A stretch of 64,000 nucleotides of DNA from Patescibacteria group bacterium (lineage in GTDB: Bacteria; Patescibacteriota; Patescibacteriia; JACRDY01): NCBI GenBank assembly GCA_041653535.1, contig JBAZFH010000001.1:150175-214174 (forward strand), given 5' to 3'. The position numbers and the translations under genes are program-made. Below, piece after piece: positions 20,085 through 28,683 of this stretch; the first letter of the stretch is position 1; each line of letters opens with the position of its first letter. A model generated the notes under the pieces. That model was not told where the DNA came from. It made no database searches and saw nothing but the letters and a program-made list of their open reading frames with translations.

Positions 20085-21248
20085 ATGGTAGTAACTAATA
20101 TACAAGATGAAATTTTGGTCAAAGACAGCGGCGGTAATTTTTCTGTTTTAGTTGATCAATCAAATGTCGGTTACGATGCTGTTGGAGGGTCGGCAATCAC
20201 TCCGGTATTAACCGAAGACAATTTTGATTTTTCAGCATTAATTGATAAAATAAAGGGGCAGTTTAATCTAGGCTGGAAAGACGAAGTGTTGGACCGACGC
20301 TTGTATAATATTATTATTGCCATGGTGCGCGAAGTACGCAATGATATCCAGACCAAAGACGTTATGGTCAAAAGTGTTGAAGTAGGCGGGTTGGGTTTGG
20401 AGCCTATCATTGCCGATCAGGTGATTGCGGAGGTAAAAAAAACAGCGCGACATCCAATTAAGGTAAAAGAAATGGGCAGAAAAGTTTTAAGCATGGTAAC
20501 GGCAAAAACACCGTCACATGTTTTTTCTCGTCAGGAGCTAGACCATGAGATTGCTCCACCACCACCAACTGTTGTAGTTCCAACAAAAGCAGAACAGATT
20601 AGACCAATATCGCCGCTTGCGCCGAAGCCGCCAGTGCAGTCTGTCACTTATGTTGAAAAAAATTTTTTGCCAAAAAAATCAGTACCAAGGATAGAGGAGA
20701 TAAAAAAAGAAGCAAGTATCAGTAATACGCCAAAACCAACTGCCGAACACCATCTGTCGTCAAAAGCGAAACCGTTTATGGACAGTAAGCCGCCTTTTAA
20801 GATTGATTTTGGGGTAAAAACTAAGGGTCGTAATTTTGACGGTTTAGCGTCCGCACCGCAGGCAAGAGTGGTAATGCCAAATCGAGGGGAAAAAATAACA
20901 GATATTAGAGTTCCTCAAAAAAAATTAGTTGGTCCGCTGGAAGAGCTGCAGGGGTTTCGTGTCGCCGATTTTCGTCGGCTTGACCTTGATCCGCAGAAAG
21001 CGATTTTAAAAATAAAAGAAAAAATTGATTTACTCGGCAGAGAGTCTTTTAGCAAGAGGATTGAGGGCAAAAATGCTTGGCAGCAAAGTGAAGTTAACCG
21101 TCTTTATTTGGCATTGGGAAAGGCAAGTATCGAGCAAGGCAGGTCGCTAGCTGATATTATAAAAGAAAGGTCTTTAAAACAAGAACCGACGTTAAAACCA
21201 GAAGAATTCATCGCCTTGGTCAAATTAAATCAAATTTTAGAAGATTAG
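20085..21248 (+). CDS. hypothetical protein with Pro/Lys-rich central linker (T4SS-cluster associated)
   Basis: 387-aa ORF. Central PPPPTVVVPTKAEQIRPISPLAPKPP low-complexity linker. Stop overlaps the start of the PrgI-like gene. Confidence 0.5.
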   Translation: MVVTNIQDEILVKDSGGNFSVLVDQSNVGYDAVGGSAITPVLTEDNFDFSALIDKIKGQFNLGWKDEVLDRRLYNIIIAMVREVRNDIQTKDVMVKSVEVGGLGLEPIIADQVIAEVKKTARHPIKVKEMGRKVLSMVTAKTPSHVFSRQELDHEIAPPPPTVVVPTKAEQIRPISPLAPKPPVQSVTYVEKNFLPKKSVPRIEEIKKEASISNTPKPTAEHHLSSKAKPFMDSKPPFKIDFGVKTKGRNFDGLASAPQARVVMPNRGEKITDIRVPQKKLVGPLEELQGFRVADFRRLDLDPQKAILKIKEKIDLLGRESFSKRIEGKNAWQQSEVNRLYLALGKASIEQGRSLADIIKERSLKQEPTLKPEEFIALVKLNQILED

Positions 21249-21249
21249 T

Positions 21250-21717
21250 ATGGCTCATCAGTTTTTGGTGCCACAATTCATCGACGTCGAGCCAAAAATT
21301 ATCGGTCCGATAACGGTACGGCAGTTTATTTTGATGGTAATCGCCATGGTGATAATTTTTATATTTTATAAATTTTCCACTTTTTGGACTTTTATTATCG
21401 CTACGGTTTTGATTTTAGGATTGTTTGGGGTTTTGGCCTTTGCCAAAATTAACGGTCGACCGTTTCATTATTTTATTTTAAATATCGTTGAAACATTAAA
21501 GCGTCCTCGACTGAAGGTTTGGGACAAAACATTGGATATGGAGGAAGTAAAAGCATTAATGGCTTATGGGACTCAAATAAAAAAGGTTGAACAAATAGCT
21601 AAAAAAGAGCCGTTAGCAGAGTCGCATTTGGAAGAACTGTCTTTGATTGTTAATACCGGCGGCGCCTATCAGTCTAGTGAATTAGATTTAAATTATGACA
21701 CCAGAAAAGAAAAATAA
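21250..21717 (+). CDS. PrgI/TcpE-family (VirB3-like) small membrane protein
   Basis: The N-terminus VPQFIDVEPKIIGPITVRQFILMVIAMVI matches the PrgI-family signature (vP.di..e.ki.G.t.RQ). It has two TM helices and lies immediately upstream of VirB4. Confidence 0.55.
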   Translation: MAHQFLVPQFIDVEPKIIGPITVRQFILMVIAMVIIFIFYKFSTFWTFIIATVLILGLFGVLAFAKINGRPFHYFILNIVETLKRPRLKVWDKTLDMEEVKALMAYGTQIKKVEQIAKKEPLAESHLEELSLIVNTGGAYQSSELDLNYDTRKEK

Positions 21718-22372
21718 AAAAGCTTCAACCAGAAAAGCGGTTCCGATCGGGGAAATCCGCAACGATACTTTAGTAATGAAGGATGGTACTTTGCGTGCCG
21801 TTTTGATGGTTTCGAGTATTAATTTTGCTCTAAAATCAGCTGATGAGCAACAGGCGATCATCTCTGCCTATATGCAATTTTTGAACTCTATTACTTATCC
21901 AATCCAGATAGTGATCCAATCGCGTCGGATTAATATCGATAAATATTTGGAAAAGTTGCAGAAGATGGAAAAAGAGCAAGTAAATGAATTACTTAAGATT
22001 CAAATTGTCGATTATCGCAAATATGTTTCCGAGTTGGTCGAATTAGGCGATATTATGACTAAAAAGTTTTATATTGTCATACCTTACAATCCACTTTCAG
22101 ATAAGCAAAAATCTTTTTTTTCTCGATCAAAAGATTTGCTTTCGCCAAAAACTATTATCAGCTTAAGTGAGAAAAAGTTTTTCGAAAGGGAAAAGGAGTT
22201 ATCCCAGCGTGTATCTCATGTCGCTTCAAGTCTGGGTAGTATCGGTTTAGCGGTCACTCGCGTTGATACGCAGGGTTTAATAGAATTGTTCTATAATTCA
22301 TACAATCCTGACGTGGCAGAGCATGAGAGAATGGTCGATGTGAACAAGATTCGTTTCGATAATATAACCTAA
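21695..22372 (+). CDS. VirB4/CagE/TrbE N-terminal domain protein (separate ORF)
   Basis: LVMKDGTLRAVLMVSSINFALKSADEQQAIISAYMQFLNSITYPIQIVIQSRR matches the VirB4 N-terminal domain pattern (KDGS..R...G.D..S..E..L..LN.aLrrL....v.rR). It ends in TAA 5 nt before the ATPase ORF, in a different frame. Confidence 0.65.
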   Translation: MTPEKKNKKASTRKAVPIGEIRNDTLVMKDGTLRAVLMVSSINFALKSADEQQAIISAYMQFLNSITYPIQIVIQSRRINIDKYLEKLQKMEKEQVNELLKIQIVDYRKYVSELVELGDIMTKKFYIVIPYNPLSDKQKSFFSRSKDLLSPKTIISLSEKKFFEREKELSQRVSHVASSLGSIGLAVTRVDTQGLIELFYNSYNPDVAEHERMVDVNKIRFDNIT

Positions 22373-22377
22373 AAAAC

Positions 22378-24213
22378 ATGGCAATTATTAAAGAGAAAAA
22401 AACACTTTCCCAAGAGGTGGAAAGCAGTAAGGAAGTCTTGCAAGAAGAGCAGCGCTATCGAGCGGGGACCATTTCCGTTATTGATTTAATAGCGCCGGCG
22501 GCAATGGATGTTCAACCTACTTATTTGCGTCTAGGAACAAGGTTCGCGAGAACTATTTTTGTTGTTAGCTATCCTCGTTATATCGGTATTGGTTGGTTTT
22601 CTCCGATTATAAACTTTAACCATCCCCTGGATGTTTCGATGTTTTTTTATCCGATAAAGGCCGCTGCTATTTTAAAAGATCTGAAAAAAAGAGTCGGTAA
22701 TCTGGAGGCGGAAATAATGGCTGATCGCGACAAAGGGGCTCCGCGCGATCCGATAAAAGAAACGGCTTTGCAGGATATAGAAAAGTTAAGAGATGATTTA
22801 ACTCAAGGCATAGAACACTTTTTCCAATTTGCTTTGTATGTTACTATTTACGCGGAAACAAAAGAGGAATTAGATGATTTAACCGGAGACATAGAAGACG
22901 TTTTTGGTTCTCGTCTGGTTTATTCGCGAAAAGTTTTATATCAAGCTGAGCAGGGTTTTAACTCGACATTGCCTTTTGGTCAAGATGAGTTGGCAATATT
23001 TTTTAACATGAATACCTCTCCCTGTGCCTCGTCATTTCCTTTTATTTCTTTTGAACTTTCTTCCAACGACGGCATCATGTATGGTATTAATCGCCATAAT
23101 AATAGTTTAATTATTTTTGATCGATTTTCTTTACAGAATGCCAACATGGTCGTTTTTGCCACTTCTGGCGCTGGTAAAAGTTATACGATAAAATTAGAGG
23201 TTTTGCGTAGCTTAATGTTTGGTATCGATGTTATTATTATTGATCCGGAAAAAGAGTACCTGCATCTTTGCGAGGCTGTGGGCGGCACTTATATCAATAT
23301 CTCCCTAGCTTCAAAAAGTAAAGTTAATCCTTTTGATTTGCCACGACCGATGGAAAAAGAGTTTAGCGGCGAAGACATTATTCGTTCGGCGGTTATCACT
23401 TTGAAAGGTTTAGTCAAATTAATGATTAGCAAGCTAAATTCTTCGGAAGATTCGGTGATGGACCGGGCGTTGCTAGAAACTTATGCTAAAAAAGATATTA
23501 CTCCTGATGCTAATTTAGCTGAAGTTGAGCCGCCGATTATGCAGGATTTAGTGGATATTTTAGAGGGGATGGAAGGCGGTGCCGATTTGGCTCAAAGATT
23601 GAAAAAATATACCGAAGGCACTTTTTCCGGGTTTTTGAACAATCCGACTAATGTTGATATGGATAACCAGTTGGTTTGTTTTTCGGTTCGCGACCTAGAG
23701 GATGAATTACGACCAATAGCCATCTATAACTTAGTAAACTATATCTGGAACGTTGTTCGTTCAGAGAGAAAAAAGAGGATTTTAGTTATCGACGAAGCTT
23801 GGTGGTTGATGCAAAACGAGGATTCGGCTAAATTTATTTTCGCTCTAGTTAAACGTTGCCGCAAATATTATTTGGGAGTAACTACTATTACTCAGGATGT
23901 GAACGATTTTTTACTCTCGCCATACGGTCAGGCAATAGTCAATAATTCGGCTTTACAACTGTTAATGAAACAATCGCCGGCAGCGATTGATCGGGTAAAA
24001 AATACGTTTTTATTAACTGACGGTGAAAAATATTTATTATTAGAATGTGGTGTAGGTGAAGGAATATTTTTTGCTGGCAATAAACACGCGGCGATTCAGG
24101 TGGTCGCTTCTTACGCTGAGGATCAACTGATTACTACTGACCCGCGGCAGTTGTTAGAAATTGAAGCGGCAAAAAAAGAGTTTGAAGCAGCGGGAGAGAC
24201 CGCATTACAGTAA
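22378..24213 (+). CDS. VirB4-family T4SS ATPase (PrgJ/TrbE-like), C-terminal ATPase portion
   Basis: Walker A FATSGAGKSY, the hallmark Walker B VIDEAWW, and RKYYLGVTTITQDVNDF (VirB4 motif). Confidence 0.85.
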   Translation: MAIIKEKKTLSQEVESSKEVLQEEQRYRAGTISVIDLIAPAAMDVQPTYLRLGTRFARTIFVVSYPRYIGIGWFSPIINFNHPLDVSMFFYPIKAAAILKDLKKRVGNLEAEIMADRDKGAPRDPIKETALQDIEKLRDDLTQGIEHFFQFALYVTIYAETKEELDDLTGDIEDVFGSRLVYSRKVLYQAEQGFNSTLPFGQDELAIFFNMNTSPCASSFPFISFELSSNDGIMYGINRHNNSLIIFDRFSLQNANMVVFATSGAGKSYTIKLEVLRSLMFGIDVIIIDPEKEYLHLCEAVGGTYINISLASKSKVNPFDLPRPMEKEFSGEDIIRSAVITLKGLVKLMISKLNSSEDSVMDRALLETYAKKDITPDANLAEVEPPIMQDLVDILEGMEGGADLAQRLKKYTEGTFSGFLNNPTNVDMDNQLVCFSVRDLEDELRPIAIYNLVNYIWNVVRSERKKRILVIDEAWWLMQNEDSAKFIFALVKRCRKYYLGVTTITQDVNDFLLSPYGQAIVNNSALQLLMKQSPAAIDRVKNTFLLTDGEKYLLLECGVGEGIFFAGNKHAAIQVVASYAEDQLITTDPRQLLEIEAAKKEFEAAGETALQ

Positions 24214-24230
24214 TTTTATAGAAAAAATAT

Positions 24231-24824
24231 ATGTCAAATAAAGTTAAACTAGCTTTAATGATTGGTGGTGCCGCAATTTTTATTCTTTTAGTAATTGCGC
24301 TTCTAATGCGAAATGGTACGACTGATGTCAATAATTTAAATCAAAGCACCAATCAGTTAAATAATCGGCTGCCTGAAACAAAAAATATTGTTGTTAATGA
24401 TAACAATGCCGTGGTAACCACAAAAGGTAATGCTACTACAATAACTGTCGAGCAAAAAGAGGAGATAAGCCTAGAGATAGTATCACGGTTTTTTGCTGAA
24501 AGGTTTGGTACTTATTCAAACCAAAGTAATTTTGAGAATATAAAAGATTTACAGTATTTAATGACCGAGGATGTGAAAAGTTGGTCGGAAAAATTTATCA
24601 GTCAGGGAAATATTAGCAGCGATCAATATTGGGGCGTAACTACTAAAGCGTTGGCTATTAAAAGTCAAGATATTAAAGCGGATACAGCGGTGATCGTTGT
24701 TTCTACTCAACGGCAAGAGTATTCCAGGGACGTTAATAAAGCCAAAATATATAAGCAGGATTTAAAGTTAGAATATGTAAAAAGTGACGGTAATTGGCTG
24801 ATCAGCGGTGTTTATTGGCAGTAA
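24231..24824 (+). CDS. membrane-anchored protein, possibly VirB8/PrgL-like (positional inference)
   Basis: N-terminal TM (LALMIGGAAIFILLVIALLM) plus a ~160-aa extracytoplasmic domain. It sits directly after VirB4, as PrgL/VirB8 does. There is no sequence-level proof. Confidence 0.45.
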   Translation: MSNKVKLALMIGGAAIFILLVIALLMRNGTTDVNNLNQSTNQLNNRLPETKNIVVNDNNAVVTTKGNATTITVEQKEEISLEIVSRFFAERFGTYSNQSNFENIKDLQYLMTEDVKSWSEKFISQGNISSDQYWGVTTKALAIKSQDIKADTAVIVVSTQRQEYSRDVNKAKIYKQDLKLEYVKSDGNWLISGVYWQ

Positions 24825-24871
24825 TTTGAAATTTTAGAAATTTTTAATCTGGTTTTTTCTATGATTAGAAT

Positions 24872-25525
24872 ATGAAGAAAATCAGATTAAAAGCAAATTT
24901 TTTACGAGACATTGTTTTTCCTAAAAACTGTCTGGGTTGTGCCAAAGAGGGGTGCTATATTTGTCCTCGGTGCCGAAACATGATCAAAATAGCCAGAAAC
25001 GATTTTATTGATTTTCCGGGAAAAAGATTTTTGGATCGAGTAGTGGTAACGGCTGATTATAATGATGAAATTTTACAACGAGCGATTCATTGTCTAAAAT
25101 ATCAATTTGCTACGGATGTAGCAGAGGAACTTGTCTCTTTGGTATCAGCAGATAAAATACCTTTATCTTGGAAGCACTGCGTTTTATTGCCGATTCCTTT
25201 GCACAAAAAAAGGGAACGATTACGAGGATTTAACCAAGCTGAACTTATTGCTATATTTTTATCCGAGCGTTTTGGTTTGTATTATAGAAATGATATTTTG
25301 AGTAGAATAAAATATCGTGTTCCGCAGATGTCTTTAGGTAGAAGCGAGAGGTTAAAAAATATCAAAGACATATTTTTTGTAGATAAAGACAATCTTTGCG
25401 GAATAAAAAACGTCGTTTTGGTTGACGACGTGGTTACGACGGGAGCTACTTTAAACGAAGCGGCAGAAGTTTTGAAAAAAAATGGTGTAGAAAATGTTGA
25501 GGCGATAGTACTTGGTCATGGATAA
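24872..25525 (+). CDS. comFC: ComF-family phosphoribosyltransferase-domain protein (ComFC)
   Basis: N-terminal Cys4 zinc finger (CLGCAKEGCYICPRC) and the PRTase motif VVLVDDVVTTGATL. Confidence 0.8.
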   Translation: MKKIRLKANFLRDIVFPKNCLGCAKEGCYICPRCRNMIKIARNDFIDFPGKRFLDRVVVTADYNDEILQRAIHCLKYQFATDVAEELVSLVSADKIPLSWKHCVLLPIPLHKKRERLRGFNQAELIAIFLSERFGLYYRNDILSRIKYRVPQMSLGRSERLKNIKDIFFVDKDNLCGIKNVVLVDDVVTTGATLNEAAEVLKKNGVENVEAIVLGHG

Positions 25526-25585
25526 AAAAACTCGCTATGGGCGAGATGAGTAAAAAAAGATATTTTTTAGTTGATTTGAAAGAAA

Positions 25586-25672
25586 CGGAAGGGGAGAGAT
25601 TCGAACTCTCGGTCCGCGTAAACGGACGACGGTTTTCAAGACCGTTCCCTTAAACCACTCAGGCACCCTTCC
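25586..25672 (-). tRNA. tRNA-Ser (anticodon UGA)
   Basis: Cloverleaf on the minus strand: GGAAGGG acceptor, anticodon loop cuUGAaa, long variable arm, T-loop GTTCGAATC. Confidence 0.8.
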
Positions 25673-25743
25673 AAGTGTATTAAAATTTAAAATAGTAGTG
25701 GCGTTCACTTTTGCCATTCGAATCTTTAATCTTCACGGAAAAC

Positions 25744-25838
<95 letters not shown>

Positions 25839-25889
25839 TAATAAATTCGGTTTTAGTATAATATTTTTATAAATAAAAGTCAATAATAT

Positions 25890-26378
25890 ATGGCAGAGAA
25901 CACAAAGTATGGCAAAGAGATGATATCTTGGGATTTTCCCGAGTTTATTCCGCATGAACGTACTCGCGGTTGGTATGTGGCAGTGATAATCATCGCAGCG
26001 TTATTGTTGCTTTATGCCATTATTACCGCTAATTTTTTGTTTGCTATCATTGTTATTATCGTGGCGGTGATTATGTTTTTTAAAACATCGAATACGGCTA
26101 TGAACGTTATTTTTTCTATTTATGAAGATGGAGTCAGAGTGGGGGATAAATTTTATGATTTTAAGGAAATAAAAGACTTTTACATTATCTATGAACCGCC
26201 GGAAGCAAAAAATATTTATTTTAATTTTAATAGTTTGCTTCAGCCACGTTTGCAGATACCATTATTAGAACAAGATCCTGTGAAAGTGAGGGAGATTTTG
26301 CGCGATTATATTGAAGAAGATTTGGATCGGAGTGATGAGCCGTTTTCTGATGGTATTGGCAGAATATTTAAAATATAA
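25890..26378 (+). CDS. hypothetical membrane protein (2 TM, C-terminal soluble domain)
   Basis: ORF between tRNA genes. Hydrophobic helices VAVIIIAALLLLYAIITANFLFAIIVIIVAVIMFF. Confidence 0.45.
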   Translation: MAENTKYGKEMISWDFPEFIPHERTRGWYVAVIIIAALLLLYAIITANFLFAIIVIIVAVIMFFKTSNTAMNVIFSIYEDGVRVGDKFYDFKEIKDFYIIYEPPEAKNIYFNFNSLLQPRLQIPLLEQDPVKVREILRDYIEEDLDRSDEPFSDGIGRIFKI

Positions 26379-26443
26379 TAACATTCGGGATCTGGACAAG
26401 ATGAAAAATATTTGTTAAACTGTTGCTACCTACTATTACCCGT

Positions 26444-26515
26444 GCCCTCATCGTTTAACGGATAGGACGCGGGATTGCGGATCCCGTAATTGAGGTTCGA
26501 TTCCTCATGAGGGCG
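26444..26515 (+). tRNA. tRNA-Arg (anticodon GCG; isotype call tentative)
   Basis: 72-nt cloverleaf: acceptor GCCCTCA/TGAGGGC, anticodon stem CGGGA/TCCCG with loop uuGCGga, T-arm TGAGG-TTCGATT-CCTCA. It is flanked by an extended inverted repeat (CTACCTACTATTACCC / GGGTAGTGGCAGGTAG). Confidence 0.6.
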
Positions 26516-26579
26516 AGGGTAGTGGCAGGTAGAATCGGAAATTGCGAGATGGGATAGAAAAATTATTTGATCCCAACTC

Positions 26580-28682
26580 ATGGTTTCCGATTTTTATTTT
26601 ATGATAGCAGATTTACGTTCGCCGGTGTCTTTGTTTAACCAGATTGCGGCAAAATTATCATCCAAACTAAAAAAGTTAGGTATCGAAACAATCGAAGACC
26701 TGCTTTTTTATTACCCTTTTCGTTATGATGATTTTAGCCAAATTTTAGATATTAAGGATTTGACTGCCGGGACCATAGCGACGATTCGTGGCAAGGTTCA
26801 GCTGATAGAAAATCAGCGTAGTTGGAGGCGTCGGGTACTTATTACTGAATGTATTGTTAATGATATTACCGGTTCGGTTAAGGTAATTTGGTTTGGTCAG
26901 CCCTATGTCGCTAAAATACTAAAATCCGGTGATGAAGTGTTTATTTCCGGACGAGTGGACTATAATAAGGGATTATTTTTTTCTTCACCTAGTTACGAAA
27001 AGGTAACACAAACAAAGGAGGAATTTGGTACTACGCATACAGCAAGGTTGGTGCCAGTTTACAACCTGACTAAAGGTATCACTTCTAAACAGTTGCGTTA
27101 TTTGATCAAAATGGTTTTGTCTAACGTCAGCGCGATACGAGAATATCTGCCAGGGCAGATTATCAGAGGATTAAAGTTTCCCGGTCTGGCGGAGGCTATC
27201 AAGCAAATTCATTTTCCTGACAGTAAAACAAAATTAGATCAAGCGCAAAAAAGACTGAAATTTGATGAATTTTTTCTTATTCAACTAAAAAATCAGTTGG
27301 CGCGGCAAAAACTAAATAACAGCAAAGCGACTAGCGTTCCTTTTGCTTCTGAGGTGATAAAAAAATGGGTAACAAAATTGCCGTTTAAATTGACCGATGC
27401 GCAGCGTCGGTCGGCTTGGGAAATACTCCAGGATTTGTCACGCGATCGACCAATGAATCGATTGCTCGAGGGAGATGTTGGTAGTGGTAAAACGGTGGTA
27501 GCGGCAATGGCGATGCTGGACGTAGTTCAAAATAATTTGCAAGTGGCGTTAATGGCACCAACAGAAATTTTGGCTAAACAGCACTATCACACTATTACCA
27601 AATTGTTCAGCGATTTTGATTTTAAAATCGGTTTAATGACTAGAACTCAAGGGGAGATTTTTGGTGATGGCAGGCAGGATAAAAAAGATTTAATTAAAAA
27701 AATAAAATCTGGAAAAATAAAGGTGGTGATTGGTACTCACGCTCTGATTCAAGAAAAAGTTTATTTTTATAATCTCGCTTTGGCAATAGTTGATGAGCAA
27801 CACAGATTTGGCGTTCAGCAACGTAAAGCATTACAGCAAAAATCTGGTCATCCGGAAGTATTACCTCATTTTCTGTCAATGACAGCGACACCGATTCCTC
27901 GATCATTAGCGCTGACAATATATGGTGATCTGGATATATCGATTATTGATCAGATGCCAGCGGGTAGAAAAAAGGTGATTACAAAAATTGTTCAGTCGGC
28001 GCAGCGGGATAAAGCCTATAGATTCATCCGCCAAGAAATAGTTCGCGGACGGCAAGTGTTTGTCATTTGTCCCTTGATTGATCCATCGGACAAACTAGGT
28101 TTTAAATCAGTCAGGGAAGAAGCGGTGCGGTTAGATAAAAAGATTTTTCCCGAGTTTAAAATAGCCGTTCTTCACGGCAGATTAAAGTCGGAAGAAAAAG
28201 AAATGATTATGCGAGATTTTTCTGCGGGCAAGATCAATATTTTAGTTTCGACTTCCGTGGTGGAGGTGGGCGTTGACGTGCCAAATGCTACGGTAATGAT
28301 GATCGAAGGTGCTGATCGTTTCGGCTTGGCGCAGCTACACCAATTTCGCGGAAGAGTGGGTAGGGGGCAAGACCAATCTTATTGTTTTTTATTTAGTCAA
28401 ACAGAAAACGATTTTAGCAAAGAGCGTCTAGCAGCTCTTGTGTCTAGTTCTGACGGTTTTAAATTAGCCGAGCAAGATTTGCGTTTTCGTGGTCCGGGAG
28501 AAACGCTTGGTACGGTACAAAGCGGAATGCCGGATTTGCATTTGGCGAATTTGTTTGATTTTGCGATTATCAAACAAGCTAGAGAATGGTCTGAAAGAAT
28601 AATAGCCTGGGATCCTGATTTGCAAAAAAACCCTAATTTAAAACAAAAAATAGGGGATTTGGAGGATATTCATTTGGAATAA
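26580..28682 (+). CDS. recG: ATP-dependent DNA helicase RecG
   Basis: N-terminal wedge/OB region, helicase motif I GDVGSGKT, DEQHRFG, and a TRG-like C-terminal region. Confidence 0.9.
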   Translation: MVSDFYFMIADLRSPVSLFNQIAAKLSSKLKKLGIETIEDLLFYYPFRYDDFSQILDIKDLTAGTIATIRGKVQLIENQRSWRRRVLITECIVNDITGSVKVIWFGQPYVAKILKSGDEVFISGRVDYNKGLFFSSPSYEKVTQTKEEFGTTHTARLVPVYNLTKGITSKQLRYLIKMVLSNVSAIREYLPGQIIRGLKFPGLAEAIKQIHFPDSKTKLDQAQKRLKFDEFFLIQLKNQLARQKLNNSKATSVPFASEVIKKWVTKLPFKLTDAQRRSAWEILQDLSRDRPMNRLLEGDVGSGKTVVAAMAMLDVVQNNLQVALMAPTEILAKQHYHTITKLFSDFDFKIGLMTRTQGEIFGDGRQDKKDLIKKIKSGKIKVVIGTHALIQEKVYFYNLALAIVDEQHRFGVQQRKALQQKSGHPEVLPHFLSMTATPIPRSLALTIYGDLDISIIDQMPAGRKKVITKIVQSAQRDKAYRFIRQEIVRGRQVFVICPLIDPSDKLGFKSVREEAVRLDKKIFPEFKIAVLHGRLKSEEKEMIMRDFSAGKINILVSTSVVEVGVDVPNATVMMIEGADRFGLAQLHQFRGRVGRGQDQSYCFLFSQTENDFSKERLAALVSSSDGFKLAEQDLRFRGPGETLGTVQSGMPDLHLANLFDFAIIKQAREWSERIIAWDPDLQKNPNLKQKIGDLEDIHLE

Positions 28683-28683
28683 A

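Noticed and set aside
5864-24824. Integrative conjugative element or conjugative plasmid segment
   Set aside because: No relaxase, T4 coupling protein, integrase/recombinase, oriT-like repeats or att-like direct repeats were seen. The flanks are core housekeeping genes. The tRNAs lie downstream of comFC, not at a cluster boundary.
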